From the NCBI GenBank assembly GCA_964572155.1, contig CAZNDZ010000003.1, positions 266,224 through 330,223 of the forward strand: a DNA stretch of 64,000 bases, read 5' to 3'. Made by a program: the position numbers and the translations under genes. Below, in pieces: positions 47,666 to 56,642 of the stretch. The notes beneath the pieces are model-generated. The model ran no database searches and was not told the DNA's origin. It worked only from the letters and a program-made list of their open reading frames with translations. The DNA is from an uncultured Planctomycetales bacterium. GTDB lineage: Bacteria > Omnitrophota > Gorgyraeia > Zapsychrales > Fredricksoniimonadaceae. Numbering within the stretch: position 1 is the first letter of the stretch; every line of letters starts with the position of its first letter.

Positions 47666-48736
47666 ATGTTCAGTCAACATTACACACAAGCGCGTCAACA
47701 TTTCATAAATGCCGCTCAAAACGTCAATGCTGAAATTATTTCACATAAAGTTTCTGCACGCGGCGTTAACGGTGAAGATCTTTATATTGATGTTGCAACC
47801 CTTGGCTCAAAAAATCCTAATCAAACCCTCTTACTAACATCCGGACTGCACGGCGTTGAAGGCTTCTTTGGATCAGCCGTACAACGTCAATGGTTAGAAA
47901 ACTTCAAAGCCAATCCTATTGATTTAGGAACGTCTGCCGTTGTCTTAGTGCACGCGCTAAATCCTTACGGCTTTGCATGGCAGCGACGGACAAATGAAAA
48001 CAACGTCGATCTTAACCGTAATTTCTTACTGTCCCATCAATCGTATCAAGGATCGCATCCTTTGCTTCAAGAAATACCATGGCTTCAACAGCCAGCATCA
48101 CCTTCCAATAAATTCTTCTCATTTGAACTATATTCCATTTGGTCCATCTTACGCTATGGCTTTAAAAATATTCAAGGTTGCCTGCAATCAGGTCAATTTG
48201 ATTATCCCCATGGTCTTTTTTGGGGTGGGCATAAACTAGAAGAAACAGGTCAAATTGTCCGTGAACACATCGATGCATGGACAAGGCAAGCGCCCAAAAT
48301 TTTTCATATTGATTATCACACAGGGCTTGGGAAATATGGGTATTGCCATCTGTTAACATTCGGGGAAGAAGAATTCAAACAAACGTTCTGGTTATTAGGA
48401 AGATTTGCAACGGGACCCAACGCTATCTATACGACACTAATCGGCGGCGGCAAACCTGAAGGATCTTTTGCCCATTTTATGTCGCACCACTTTGCAGCCG
48501 CTCATAAAAAATACACCTACATGGCCGCTGAATATGGCACACATTCTGTCTTACAAGGCTTTAAAGCCCTCTATCACGAGAATCGCTTCCATCAACATAT
48601 GGGCCCCCAACATGACGCCGCTAAAAAAGCATTACTGGAATTTTTTTGCCCGACGGATCCTAAGTGGCGAAAGAAATGCCTCGATGATAGCCAATTAACC
48701 ATAACACGGGCACTACAAGTTATTGCCGAGGACTAA
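47666..48736 (+). CDS. M14-type zinc carboxypeptidase-like protein (DUF2817 / succinylglutamate desuccinylase-aspartoacylase superfamily)
   Basis: 356 aa. HGVE zinc-binding HxxE motif near the N-terminus (SGLHGVEGF), typical of the AstE/AspA fold. Confidence 0.5.
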   Translation: MFSQHYTQARQHFINAAQNVNAEIISHKVSARGVNGEDLYIDVATLGSKNPNQTLLLTSGLHGVEGFFGSAVQRQWLENFKANPIDLGTSAVVLVHALNPYGFAWQRRTNENNVDLNRNFLLSHQSYQGSHPLLQEIPWLQQPASPSNKFFSFELYSIWSILRYGFKNIQGCLQSGQFDYPHGLFWGGHKLEETGQIVREHIDAWTRQAPKIFHIDYHTGLGKYGYCHLLTFGEEEFKQTFWLLGRFATGPNAIYTTLIGGGKPEGSFAHFMSHHFAAAHKKYTYMAAEYGTHSVLQGFKALYHENRFHQHMGPQHDAAKKALLEFFCPTDPKWRKKCLDDSQLTITRALQVIAED

Positions 48737-49167
48737 GCGCGCGGTTGAGAACTTAACCAACCCTCAATCTTGCTTCTAATTTCTTCTCGAACAGCTCTGG
48801 TCTTTCTTGTCTTTTCTTCTAATGTACCGTCGAACTTTGAAGGATCCGTAAAACCCCAGTGCAATCTTTTGGCGTTTCCTGGAAAAACAGGGCAACGTTC
48901 CGCGCTGGTTTCATCACAGACCGTAATGACATAGTCGTAGATCTTGCCACTCGTAACACAATCTATCGCAGCCCGAGTTTTCTTATGTGCAATATCTATC
49001 CCCATCTCATTTAAAACTTCAACCACGACGGGATTTAACTTCCCAGGTTCAATGCCAGCACTTTCCACATCAAATCGATCACCCGCCAATTTACGCAACA
49101 ATTCTTCTGCCATCTGGCTGCGCGCGGAATTATGAATACATACAAATAATACGTTTTGCTTTCTCAT
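48733..49167 (-). CDS. arsC: arsenate reductase, LMW-PTP (thioredoxin-coupled) type
   Basis: 144 aa. CIHNSARS P-loop (CX5R) and downstream Cys pair characteristic of the ArsC LMW-phosphatase family. Confidence 0.8.
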   Translation of the reverse strand: MRKQNVLFVCIHNSARSQMAEELLRKLAGDRFDVESAGIEPGKLNPVVVEVLNEMGIDIAHKKTRAAIDCVTSGKIYDYVITVCDETSAERCPVFPGNAKRLHWGFTDPSKFDGTLEEKTRKTRAVREEIRSKIEGWLSSQPRA

Positions 49168-49168
49168 A

Positions 49169-50194
49169 TTAACCTTTCTTCTGAATAAACGTTGCGAGAT
49201 GTACTAACGCCAGCATCACGGGCACCTCAATCAATGGGCCAATGACCGCAGCAAATGCAACACCAGAATGAATGCCAAAGACAGCAATGGCCACAGCGAT
49301 GGATAGCTCAAAATTATTACTCGCCGCTGTAAACGACAATGTCACGGACTTTCCATGATCCGCCCCCAATTTTCGACTCATCCAAAATGATAGAACAAAC
49401 ATAACAATAAAATAAATCAATAAAGGCAAAGCAATGCGCACAACATCCATGGGGATTTTGACGATATATTCTCCCTTGATAGAGAACATTACAAAGATCG
49501 TAAATAGTAATGCGACAAGCGTGATAGGACTAATGCGCGGGATAAATACTTGCTCATACCAAACTTTTCCTTTGAGCCTAATTAAAACAAAGCGAGATAA
49601 CATCCCCGCAATAAATGGGATGCCCAGATAAATGAGAACGCTCTTAGCAATAGCGCTCATTGTCACTTGCACCACAACACCGTGCAGTCCAAACCAATTG
49701 GGCATGATGGTTATAAACAGCCATGCGTAAAATGAAAAAAATAATACCTGAAAAATGGCATTAAACGCCACCAAACCCGCGCAATACTCTCTGTCTCCGT
49801 CGGCTAAATCATTCCATACTATAACCATCGCAATGCAACGCGCCAAACCAATCAAGATCAAACCAACCATGTACTCAGGATATCCGCGTAAGAAAATAAT
49901 GGCTAGAACAAACATCAACAGAGGGCCGATCAGCCAATTTTGAATGAGCGAAAGACTAAGGATCTTGTAATCCTTAAAAACATCTCCCAACTCTTCATAT
50001 CTTACTTTCGCTAAAGGAGGATACATCATTAGGATAAGGCCAATGGCAATGGGAATATTCGTCGACCCTGATTGAAACTGATTCCAGAATCCAACGATGC
50101 GGGGATTGAAAAATCCCACCCCAACCCCAATCCCCATGGCTATTAAAATCCATAAGGTGAGAAAACGATCTGTGAAAGCTAACTTCTTAACCAT
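49169..50194 (-). CDS. acr3: arsenite efflux transporter ACR3 family
   Basis: 341 aa with 10 TM helices. Conserved ACR3/BART-superfamily blocks. Confidence 0.85.
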   Translation of the reverse strand: MVKKLAFTDRFLTLWILIAMGIGVGVGFFNPRIVGFWNQFQSGSTNIPIAIGLILMMYPPLAKVRYEELGDVFKDYKILSLSLIQNWLIGPLLMFVLAIIFLRGYPEYMVGLILIGLARCIAMVIVWNDLADGDREYCAGLVAFNAIFQVLFFSFYAWLFITIMPNWFGLHGVVVQVTMSAIAKSVLIYLGIPFIAGMLSRFVLIRLKGKVWYEQVFIPRISPITLVALLFTIFVMFSIKGEYIVKIPMDVVRIALPLLIYFIVMFVLSFWMSRKLGADHGKSVTLSFTAASNNFELSIAVAIAVFGIHSGVAFAAVIGPLIEVPVMLALVHLATFIQKKG

Positions 50195-50212
50195 AACTTC
50201 TTTTGATAATCC

Positions 50213-50344
50213 TTAAACCTTTGTCGCCACATTATTCTTTACTGACGAACGGCTTCTCTGTTTAATGCGCCCACCCAAAGCTTTTGCACCTTGTCGCTGA
50301 GATGAAGACTTGCTGTTACTTCCGCTTCGAATTTTCTTTTCCAT
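50213..50344 (-). CDS. small basic Ser-rich protein (not in ORF track, <60 aa), hypothetical
   Basis: 43 aa MEKKIRSGSNSKSSSQRQGAKALGGRIKQRSRSSVKNNVATKV. AAGGAG SD 8 nt upstream. Occupies the position where arsR would be expected. Confidence 0.35.
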   Translation of the reverse strand: MEKKIRSGSNSKSSSQRQGAKALGGRIKQRSRSSVKNNVATKV

Positions 50345-50404
50345 GACTTATCTCCTTATACCAATGTATAACACAAAATTAATAGGACAAACTAAATCCT
50401 CATT

Positions 50405-50905
50405 TTAAGGCTGCGCTACACTCTCGCTCTTGGCATAATCTTTTTCTGCTAATTCCGTATTGCCCAACTTTTCGTAAATGCTTGCGCGTAATTCATATGA
50501 AAACGGGTCATCATCTTTTAAAGCAATGGCTTTGTTAATATACTCCAAGGCTTTATCTGGTTCTGCCGCTTGATCTAATGCAATGGCTGCTCGGACATAG
50601 TAGGCAAAATGAATTTTGGGAGAATCTGGATCGAGTTCTATGGCTTTCTTCGCATCCACCAAGGCACCATCAAAATCTTCTTTCGTTGCTTTAGCAATGG
50701 CACGATTGGCATAACCTTCGGCAAAGTTTGGGTCCAACTCAATCGCTTTATCACAGAACTCAATTGATTCCTCAACCTGCATCGCGTCCAAAGCACCCCT
50801 AGCATCCGTCATCAAAACCCTTAAGTCATCCGCTTTATCTGCAATAGCCAATCCATTTAAACCAACCATGAATAAAAACAATACTAAAATAAATACTTTC
50901 TTCAT
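50405..50905 (-). CDS. TPR-repeat lipoprotein/secreted protein
   Basis: 166 aa. Signal peptide. Four TPR-like repeats (AIELDP.. Y..RA.A). Confidence 0.65.
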   Translation of the reverse strand: MKKVFILVLFLFMVGLNGLAIADKADDLRVLMTDARGALDAMQVEESIEFCDKAIELDPNFAEGYANRAIAKATKEDFDGALVDAKKAIELDPDSPKIHFAYYVRAAIALDQAAEPDKALEYINKAIALKDDDPFSYELRASIYEKLGNTELAEKDYAKSESVAQP

Positions 50906-51256
50906 GTTGCTCTCCTTGTTTTCTCCTTTTGAAAAACTTTTAACTAGGCACTCAAAATATTATGACGGTAAAAATTATAATCATGTGGTTATTATAGACA
51001 TAAGAATACGCTGATTCAATGGCACTAACATATATATAAACAATGATTCGGGTTAACCGACATTATTTAGAAGTAACAGACATTTGATCTAAAACTGTAA
51101 CCATCCCCTCAACATGTGAAGCAATGCTCACAGTGGCTAATTATTTAAAAAACTATTCATAACCTTATTCCAGAGAAACATCACTGAAACAAGAATTGCA
51201 GATCAATCAAAAAATACTCTGATATACTGTTTTCAATGAATTTAACATAGGAGATT

Positions 51257-52567
51257 TTGATGCAGTTTTTGAATGAAACCCTGATCATTTTGCTAATGAT
51301 CATCTTTAATGCCGTTTTTGCCGCCTACGAAATGGCCTTGGCCTCAATATCACAAACGAGACTCTCCTATTTGGTGCAAACCAAAAAGAAAGGCTCAATC
51401 GAAGCATTGTTCATGAAAGACCGCATGGAAGCAAGTTTAGCTGTCGTGCAATTAGGAATCACATTAGTGGGAGCCATTGCGGCAGCTATTGGTGGCGCTA
51501 GCATTACAGAGCTGCTTAATCCTTATTTCCAAGAACATTTTAACGTATCAGATCAGATCGCAGAATTTTTAAGTTTAGTCACGCTAATCATTCCCTTAAG
51601 TGCCTTTACAATCATATTCGCAGAGCTTATCCCTAAAACATATGCGCTTAAAAATAGCGAGTGGGTTGTTCTAAAGTTATCGAGAATAATGAAATATTTT
51701 ACGATCATCGCATATCCAATTGTTTCATCTATGGAGAACATTGTTAAAGCAGCTATCAAATTCATCAGCAAGAAAACACAGAACAACACATCCACGACAG
51801 ACACCCAAAGCAGTCTGCACGAGTTAACAGCCGCCCTTTCACTCGCTAGAACATCCCGACTTATTAATGCACAACAAGAAAAAATCGTTTTATCTGCAGC
51901 TCAGTTATCACTAAGGCCAATTAAGGACATTATGCTTCCAGCAACCGAAATTTGCATGATCCCACTCAGTAGCACCCTGGCAGATGCCCTTGTCCAAGCC
52001 CATTTAGATATGCATACACGATTTCCCGTCTGTGAAAATAGCAATGACCCTCAGACAATCCAAGGATACATCAACTTCAAAGACATCATGGCTGCTCTTA
52101 AAATCAATCCCGAAGAACCCACAATAAAAGGAATTATCCGCCCACTTAAGAAATTTGTGTGTGCTTTACCAATTTCAAAAGTGTTGGAACAAATGATCCA
52201 CGAAAAACTTCACATTGGATTAATACAAAACTCTCAAGGTGAAATTATTGGAATGATTACTCAAGAGGATATTATTGAAGAATTAGTTGGGGAAATCGAA
52301 GATGAATTTGACCGGCTTCCCAACCATATTCATCCCTACGGCAATCAATGGCTTATTGGAGGCGCAGCACAGATGTCAGCTGTTGCGAAAACTTTAGGTA
52401 TTGAATGGACTCCCAAAGAAGGTGATTTGAAACTTGCAGACTGGTGCCATCGGCAATCAACTAAACCTTTTAACGGCGGAGAAACCATTCCAGGAAGCGG
52501 ATTCCAAATCACGATTAGAAAACTAAGAAGAAAGAAAATCAGCGAAGCTTTTGTTTCCAAGTACTAA
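51257..52567 (+). CDS. CNNM/HlyC-CorC-family transporter (DUF21 TM domain + CBS pair + CorC_HlyC)
   Basis: 436 aa. N-terminal 4-TM DUF21, tandem CBS domains, C-terminal transporter-associated domain. Confidence 0.8.
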   Translation: MMQFLNETLIILLMIIFNAVFAAYEMALASISQTRLSYLVQTKKKGSIEALFMKDRMEASLAVVQLGITLVGAIAAAIGGASITELLNPYFQEHFNVSDQIAEFLSLVTLIIPLSAFTIIFAELIPKTYALKNSEWVVLKLSRIMKYFTIIAYPIVSSMENIVKAAIKFISKKTQNNTSTTDTQSSLHELTAALSLARTSRLINAQQEKIVLSAAQLSLRPIKDIMLPATEICMIPLSSTLADALVQAHLDMHTRFPVCENSNDPQTIQGYINFKDIMAALKINPEEPTIKGIIRPLKKFVCALPISKVLEQMIHEKLHIGLIQNSQGEIIGMITQEDIIEELVGEIEDEFDRLPNHIHPYGNQWLIGGAAQMSAVAKTLGIEWTPKEGDLKLADWCHRQSTKPFNGGETIPGSGFQITIRKLRRKKISEAFVSKY

Positions 52568-52593
52568 AATGCAAGGGCCACTTCTCATTTATC

Positions 52594-53280
52594 CTATGCT
52601 GCTGACTCTTTTAATTTTCCATCAACAATGTGAATCAACCGGTGAGCGTAATGCGACACTTGATCATCATGAGTCACCATAAGAATGGTGGTCCCAAGAT
52701 CTTTGTTGATCTTCTGCAGCAAATCAAGGATGTTGCGGGCGTTGCTACTGTCCAAATTTCCTGTGGGCTCATCTGCTAGAATACATTGAGGATCATGTAA
52801 TAAAGCACGCGCGATGCAGACCCGTTGACGCTCTCCTGCGGAAAGCACTTCAACCGGCATATTCTTTTTCCCACCTATGTGCAAATATTCAAGATGCCTT
52901 TCAGCTTTCTTGATAAGGACGGAAGGGATGATCAACTGGCGCATGAAAGGGAGAACGATATTCTCCAAAACCGTAAAATGCGGATAAAGATAAAAATCCT
53001 GGAATATGAACCCTAAGTTCTCTCGTCGATAAAGCGCCATATTTTTTATACTGCTAAACGGTTTGTCATAAAAATAAATCTCGCCTGAAGTCGGGGAGAT
53101 CAGCCCTGCCAAGTGATAAAGCAAGGTGCTCTTGCCGCTGCCGCTGGGCCCCTTGATCCCAACAAATTCGCCTTTCATAACGGTTACACTAATGTCTTGC
53201 AAGGCCGATGTTTGCGTCTGGGGATAAAACTTACGCAAATGCGACGTACGAAAAATTTCTTGGGTAAAAGGTTCACTCAC
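52594..53280 (-). CDS. ABC transporter ATP-binding protein (MacB/LolD-like)
   Basis: 228 aa. Walker A GPSGSGKST, signature LSAGERQRV, Walker B ILADEPTGNLD. Confidence 0.85.
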   Translation of the reverse strand: MSEPFTQEIFRTSHLRKFYPQTQTSALQDISVTVMKGEFVGIKGPSGSGKSTLLYHLAGLISPTSGEIYFYDKPFSSIKNMALYRRENLGFIFQDFYLYPHFTVLENIVLPFMRQLIIPSVLIKKAERHLEYLHIGGKKNMPVEVLSAGERQRVCIARALLHDPQCILADEPTGNLDSSNARNILDLLQKINKDLGTTILMVTHDDQVSHYAHRLIHIVDGKLKESAA

Positions 53281-54391
53281 CGCGAATCACCTCGATAGGA
53301 TTGGAATTTAACGTGATCCATGTTGGAACAATGGCGGCAAAAACAGCGGTGCCTAAAATCATCGCCACGATCTTGGATATCAAAATGACATCCAAGACAG
53401 GCACAAAGGCTTGAATACTCGTCAATCCAAAGACATATGCCGTCCCCTGAAACCCTAGAAAAATCCCTATGGCTCCTCCAATCGCAGATACGACGAGAGA
53501 TTCACACACAAAGAGCGCGGCGATCTCGAACTTCTGCCATCCCAACGCCAATAAAATGGCCAAAAACTTCCTTTTTTCAATTGTGGATGTCACCATCGTA
53601 TTAGCCAGACCTAATGCCACAGCAATGATCGTAATGAAGCTGATCAGTAGCGAGAATTTCTCTCCCACTACTATAAATTTAGTTTTCTCAGCGATGAAAA
53701 CATCTGCACGCATGGCAGATACAGATGGAATATTGTTTTCTATTTCCTTTGCTATATTCTCAATGGCCGCATCTGTACGGTACGCCTCTTTAAGTCTAAT
53801 GTTTATAAAACTAGCCTTACCCTCTTCATGGATAGCTGATTGCAAATCGGCCATCGGGATCACGGCGGCATATTGTTCAAATGGGCTCGTGCTTTTGTAC
53901 TCGCCAACAACATTAAAAGACACGCCCTTGATCTTTATTTGCTGCACATTCTCTTTGGTAAGGCTGCGCATCAGGGCCTGCCCCACCATAGCTTCCTTCA
54001 TGTTAAGAACCGGCCGTCGGCCAGAAGTGATTTCCACAGCGTCAAATAAAAAGCTGTCTGGTTCCCAACCAAAAATCGGCACAGCAGAACTTTTGAGCTT
54101 ATGGATATAAAGAAGCGTTGCGGATAGATCTTCAATAGCTGCATTATTTCTAACCTGCTGGGGAATTTGAGCGTTGACCCTACTTAACAAAATACTTAAT
54201 TGATCTTTTTCTTGAATGATCAGGTCAATCTGACGCTTACTGTAAGCATCCTGAAATGAACTCTTTATGCTTTCTCCTACCCCCAACATAATGATACATA
54301 CAGAAATACCAATGCTGATGCCAAGGATGGTTAAGAACACCCGGAATTTTTTTCTAAAAATATCTTTAATAATGAAATAAAAAATGTTCAT
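53273..54391 (-). CDS. ABC transporter permease, FtsX/MacB family
   Basis: 372 aa. TM1, then a large periplasmic domain, then three C-terminal TM helices (FtsX topology). Confidence 0.75.
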   Translation of the reverse strand: MNIFYFIIKDIFRKKFRVFLTILGISIGISVCIIMLGVGESIKSSFQDAYSKRQIDLIIQEKDQLSILLSRVNAQIPQQVRNNAAIEDLSATLLYIHKLKSSAVPIFGWEPDSFLFDAVEITSGRRPVLNMKEAMVGQALMRSLTKENVQQIKIKGVSFNVVGEYKSTSPFEQYAAVIPMADLQSAIHEEGKASFINIRLKEAYRTDAAIENIAKEIENNIPSVSAMRADVFIAEKTKFIVVGEKFSLLISFITIIAVALGLANTMVTSTIEKRKFLAILLALGWQKFEIAALFVCESLVVSAIGGAIGIFLGFQGTAYVFGLTSIQAFVPVLDVILISKIVAMILGTAVFAAIVPTWITLNSNPIEVIRGE

Positions 54392-54400
54392 AAGCGCACT

Positions 54401-55222
54401 TTAAGAAGTAAGTATCTCTTCGTAAATATCCATAAGTTTATCATTTTCCAAATGGAGAAAATGCCCCGCGCCTTTGATTGTCCTTATTTTCGCATTAGGG
54501 ATTTGTGCAGCTAATAAGATGAGGTCTTCGGGATCAATGATCGTATCATTTTCACCTCTCAAAAGAATGGTCTTGCAATGAATGCTTTTGAGATCAATCA
54601 CTTTTTCTAACGAATCGCTTGAGAGAATAAACTCGCCATGTTGATAAAATGAGCTTAACGCGTCTATATCCATTCGTTCAAACTGACTAATGATGGTGTT
54701 CTTTACTTTTAGTGGCAAATCTTGGCCAAAACCATTGATCAATGTTTCAGCTATTTCCAATCGGTTCTCCATTGGAAGTTTCGATCCTTGAGAAATGACT
54801 TCAATCATTCTAGGGTTTGGTTTTGTACCGATTCCAGAGAGAATAAGCTTTTTGACCCGATCAGGGTAATGAATGGTAAAACTTGCAGCAATTACACCAC
54901 CCCATGAGGCGGAACATATTGTCAACTTTTCTTCAATCCCTACAGCTATAAGCAATTCATTTAAAATCATTACTTGCTCAGCAAGACTAACATCCGGTGA
55001 GCCGGCGATGACTTTGCCTTTCCCTTGATGAGGAAAATCAAAAAGCAAAATTCTATACTTTGGTGAGAATCGATGAACAAAATCAAACCAGATGGCCATG
55101 GACTGCTGAATCCCATTTACACAAACAAGAACTTCTGATCCCTCTCCAAAAATCCGGTAAGGAATTTGAAAACGGCCAATATTGACTATATTTTTGGTAA
55201 CTTTTTTAATCGACATTCTCAA
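54401..55222 (-). CDS. alpha/beta-fold hydrolase
   Basis: 273 aa. Nucleophile elbow CSASWGG. C-terminal catalytic His (GAGHF). Confidence 0.65.
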   Translation of the reverse strand: MRMSIKKVTKNIVNIGRFQIPYRIFGEGSEVLVCVNGIQQSMAIWFDFVHRFSPKYRILLFDFPHQGKGKVIAGSPDVSLAEQVMILNELLIAVGIEEKLTICSASWGGVIAASFTIHYPDRVKKLILSGIGTKPNPRMIEVISQGSKLPMENRLEIAETLINGFGQDLPLKVKNTIISQFERMDIDALSSFYQHGEFILSSDSLEKVIDLKSIHCKTILLRGENDTIIDPEDLILLAAQIPNAKIRTIKGAGHFLHLENDKLMDIYEEILTS

Positions 55223-55315
55223 TACATTACTTATTTTTTTATTTTTTACTACATATTTTTTCTAGAATGAGCTAGGAGACGCCAACTTTCTGAACTTCAT
55301 CCATCACATATCTGT

Positions 55316-55957
55316 CTATCCCGGATTTCTTATCTCGATCATTACCTCATTGCGTCGAAGAAAAGGCAGCGTCCACGGTGGATTAAAAAAGGCGTACGTA
55401 GGATTTGCTATTGGCTTTAAATCATGTTGCATAACAAACAGCTCAAGTTTATTTAACTGCTGAGCAAGGAGTTTTTGATTGGCCGTGCCGGAGAAACGAA
55501 TTACCGCAAAGCGTTTAGTTGAAGCTTCTTTAAGCTTTACCATATCATTTTTGGGTACAGGCAAAGTTTCCATTGAATACCCCCGCGGCATAACAAAGCA
55601 TACGGTCCATATTCCAGAATCACCTCTTTGCTGTGTAACCGGTGCGGTCATCGCAATCTTCTCACTTTGTTGCTGAGTAACTGGCGCTGTCATCTGCACC
55701 TTTTTGTTTGCTTTATTATCACCAAAAATATAACCTGCTAGTAAGTTAAAGCCTTGGTTAATTGCTTCCTCTCTTTCTCCATTGATTTGCACCTCGGCAA
55801 CAATCTGCGGCTCATAATCACGAATTTCAAGATTTCCTACAGATTTTATAACCACATATTTTGCTTGTTCTACATTGCTCATAATGGACCCCAAAAATAT
55901 AGCGCCGATCCCCATCAAGGCTATTATTGCTAAATAAATATAATTGCTTTTTTTCAT
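55316..55957 (-). CDS. SOUL heme-binding protein family (secreted/anchored)
   Basis: 213 aa. N-terminal signal anchor. YEPxIVAE... and repeated IAMTAPV blocks characteristic of SOUL/HBP. Confidence 0.6.
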   Translation of the reverse strand: MKKSNYIYLAIIALMGIGAIFLGSIMSNVEQAKYVVIKSVGNLEIRDYEPQIVAEVQINGEREEAINQGFNLLAGYIFGDNKANKKVQMTAPVTQQQSEKIAMTAPVTQQRGDSGIWTVCFVMPRGYSMETLPVPKNDMVKLKEASTKRFAVIRFSGTANQKLLAQQLNKLELFVMQHDLKPIANPTYAFFNPPWTLPFLRRNEVMIEIRNPG

Positions 55958-56038
55958 ATGTCCACTTCTTTGGCGTTTCCATTAAAATTGATGTGAAGAC
56001 TTATTGTTACCATAACTTGCCTCCCTTTGTGTTCTCTA

Positions 56039-56608
56039 TCACGAAAAAGCATCTTCCATTTTCATTAAGACAGCTTTTTCTTCAATTGAGATCTTTGACG
56101 TCACACCAAGAAACCCACCCGCAGACTCAGCTACTTTTCTAGCCCTATCAAGCACTTCGAATTTTAAATCATCCAATTCTTTTGTATTTAAAACCTCTTT
56201 GAGTCCTTGGATAAAATGAACCCATGCCTCGAGGAACTTGGGCGATGGTTTTGCTTTAAGCCAAGCATTCAATAAATTATAATCGATCGAACCTTCCACA
56301 AAACCCCCCTTAACGGAAGCGTCAAGGATGGCTTTCCTTTCTTTTTGATTTAGCTCGCCATCTGCCCAGGCTACTTCCACCAAAGGAAGAATGGTCAAAG
56401 AAGCCAAAATACTTGGTGATACTTCTAACTCAATCAATTTATCCAAGATCTTAGGATTACGGATCCCGGAAATTTCCGCCAAAGACTCTCTGGTCTTTTT
56501 CATTTCCTCAAGCTTCTTATGTTGTTCAATCAATTGTGCATCGCGCTGCATAAAGAATGCTTCTTCAAGGCTACGCCCTTTTTTTGCCAATGCATCATCC
56601 ATTTTCAT
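56039..56608 (-). CDS. TerB-like (tellurite-resistance TerB/DjlA N-domain fold) protein
   Basis: 189 aa. EVAWADGELNQKERKAIL resembles the TerB-family ADG...E motif. Confidence 0.4.
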   Translation of the reverse strand: MKMDDALAKKGRSLEEAFFMQRDAQLIEQHKKLEEMKKTRESLAEISGIRNPKILDKLIELEVSPSILASLTILPLVEVAWADGELNQKERKAILDASVKGGFVEGSIDYNLLNAWLKAKPSPKFLEAWVHFIQGLKEVLNTKELDDLKFEVLDRARKVAESAGGFLGVTSKISIEEKAVLMKMEDAFS

Positions 56609-56642
56609 CCTCCTTATTTAGTATAATTAGACATTTGATTAC

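Noticed and set aside
50195-50404. Expected arsR gene upstream of acr3-arsC
   Set aside because: No ORF with a winged-HTH ArsR signature is present. Only a 43-aa basic peptide ORF fits there.
50906-51256. M-box (Mg2+) riboswitch upstream of the CorC/CNNM gene
   Set aside because: I could not find the conserved M-box helices or loops by eye. Left as an unverified long leader only.
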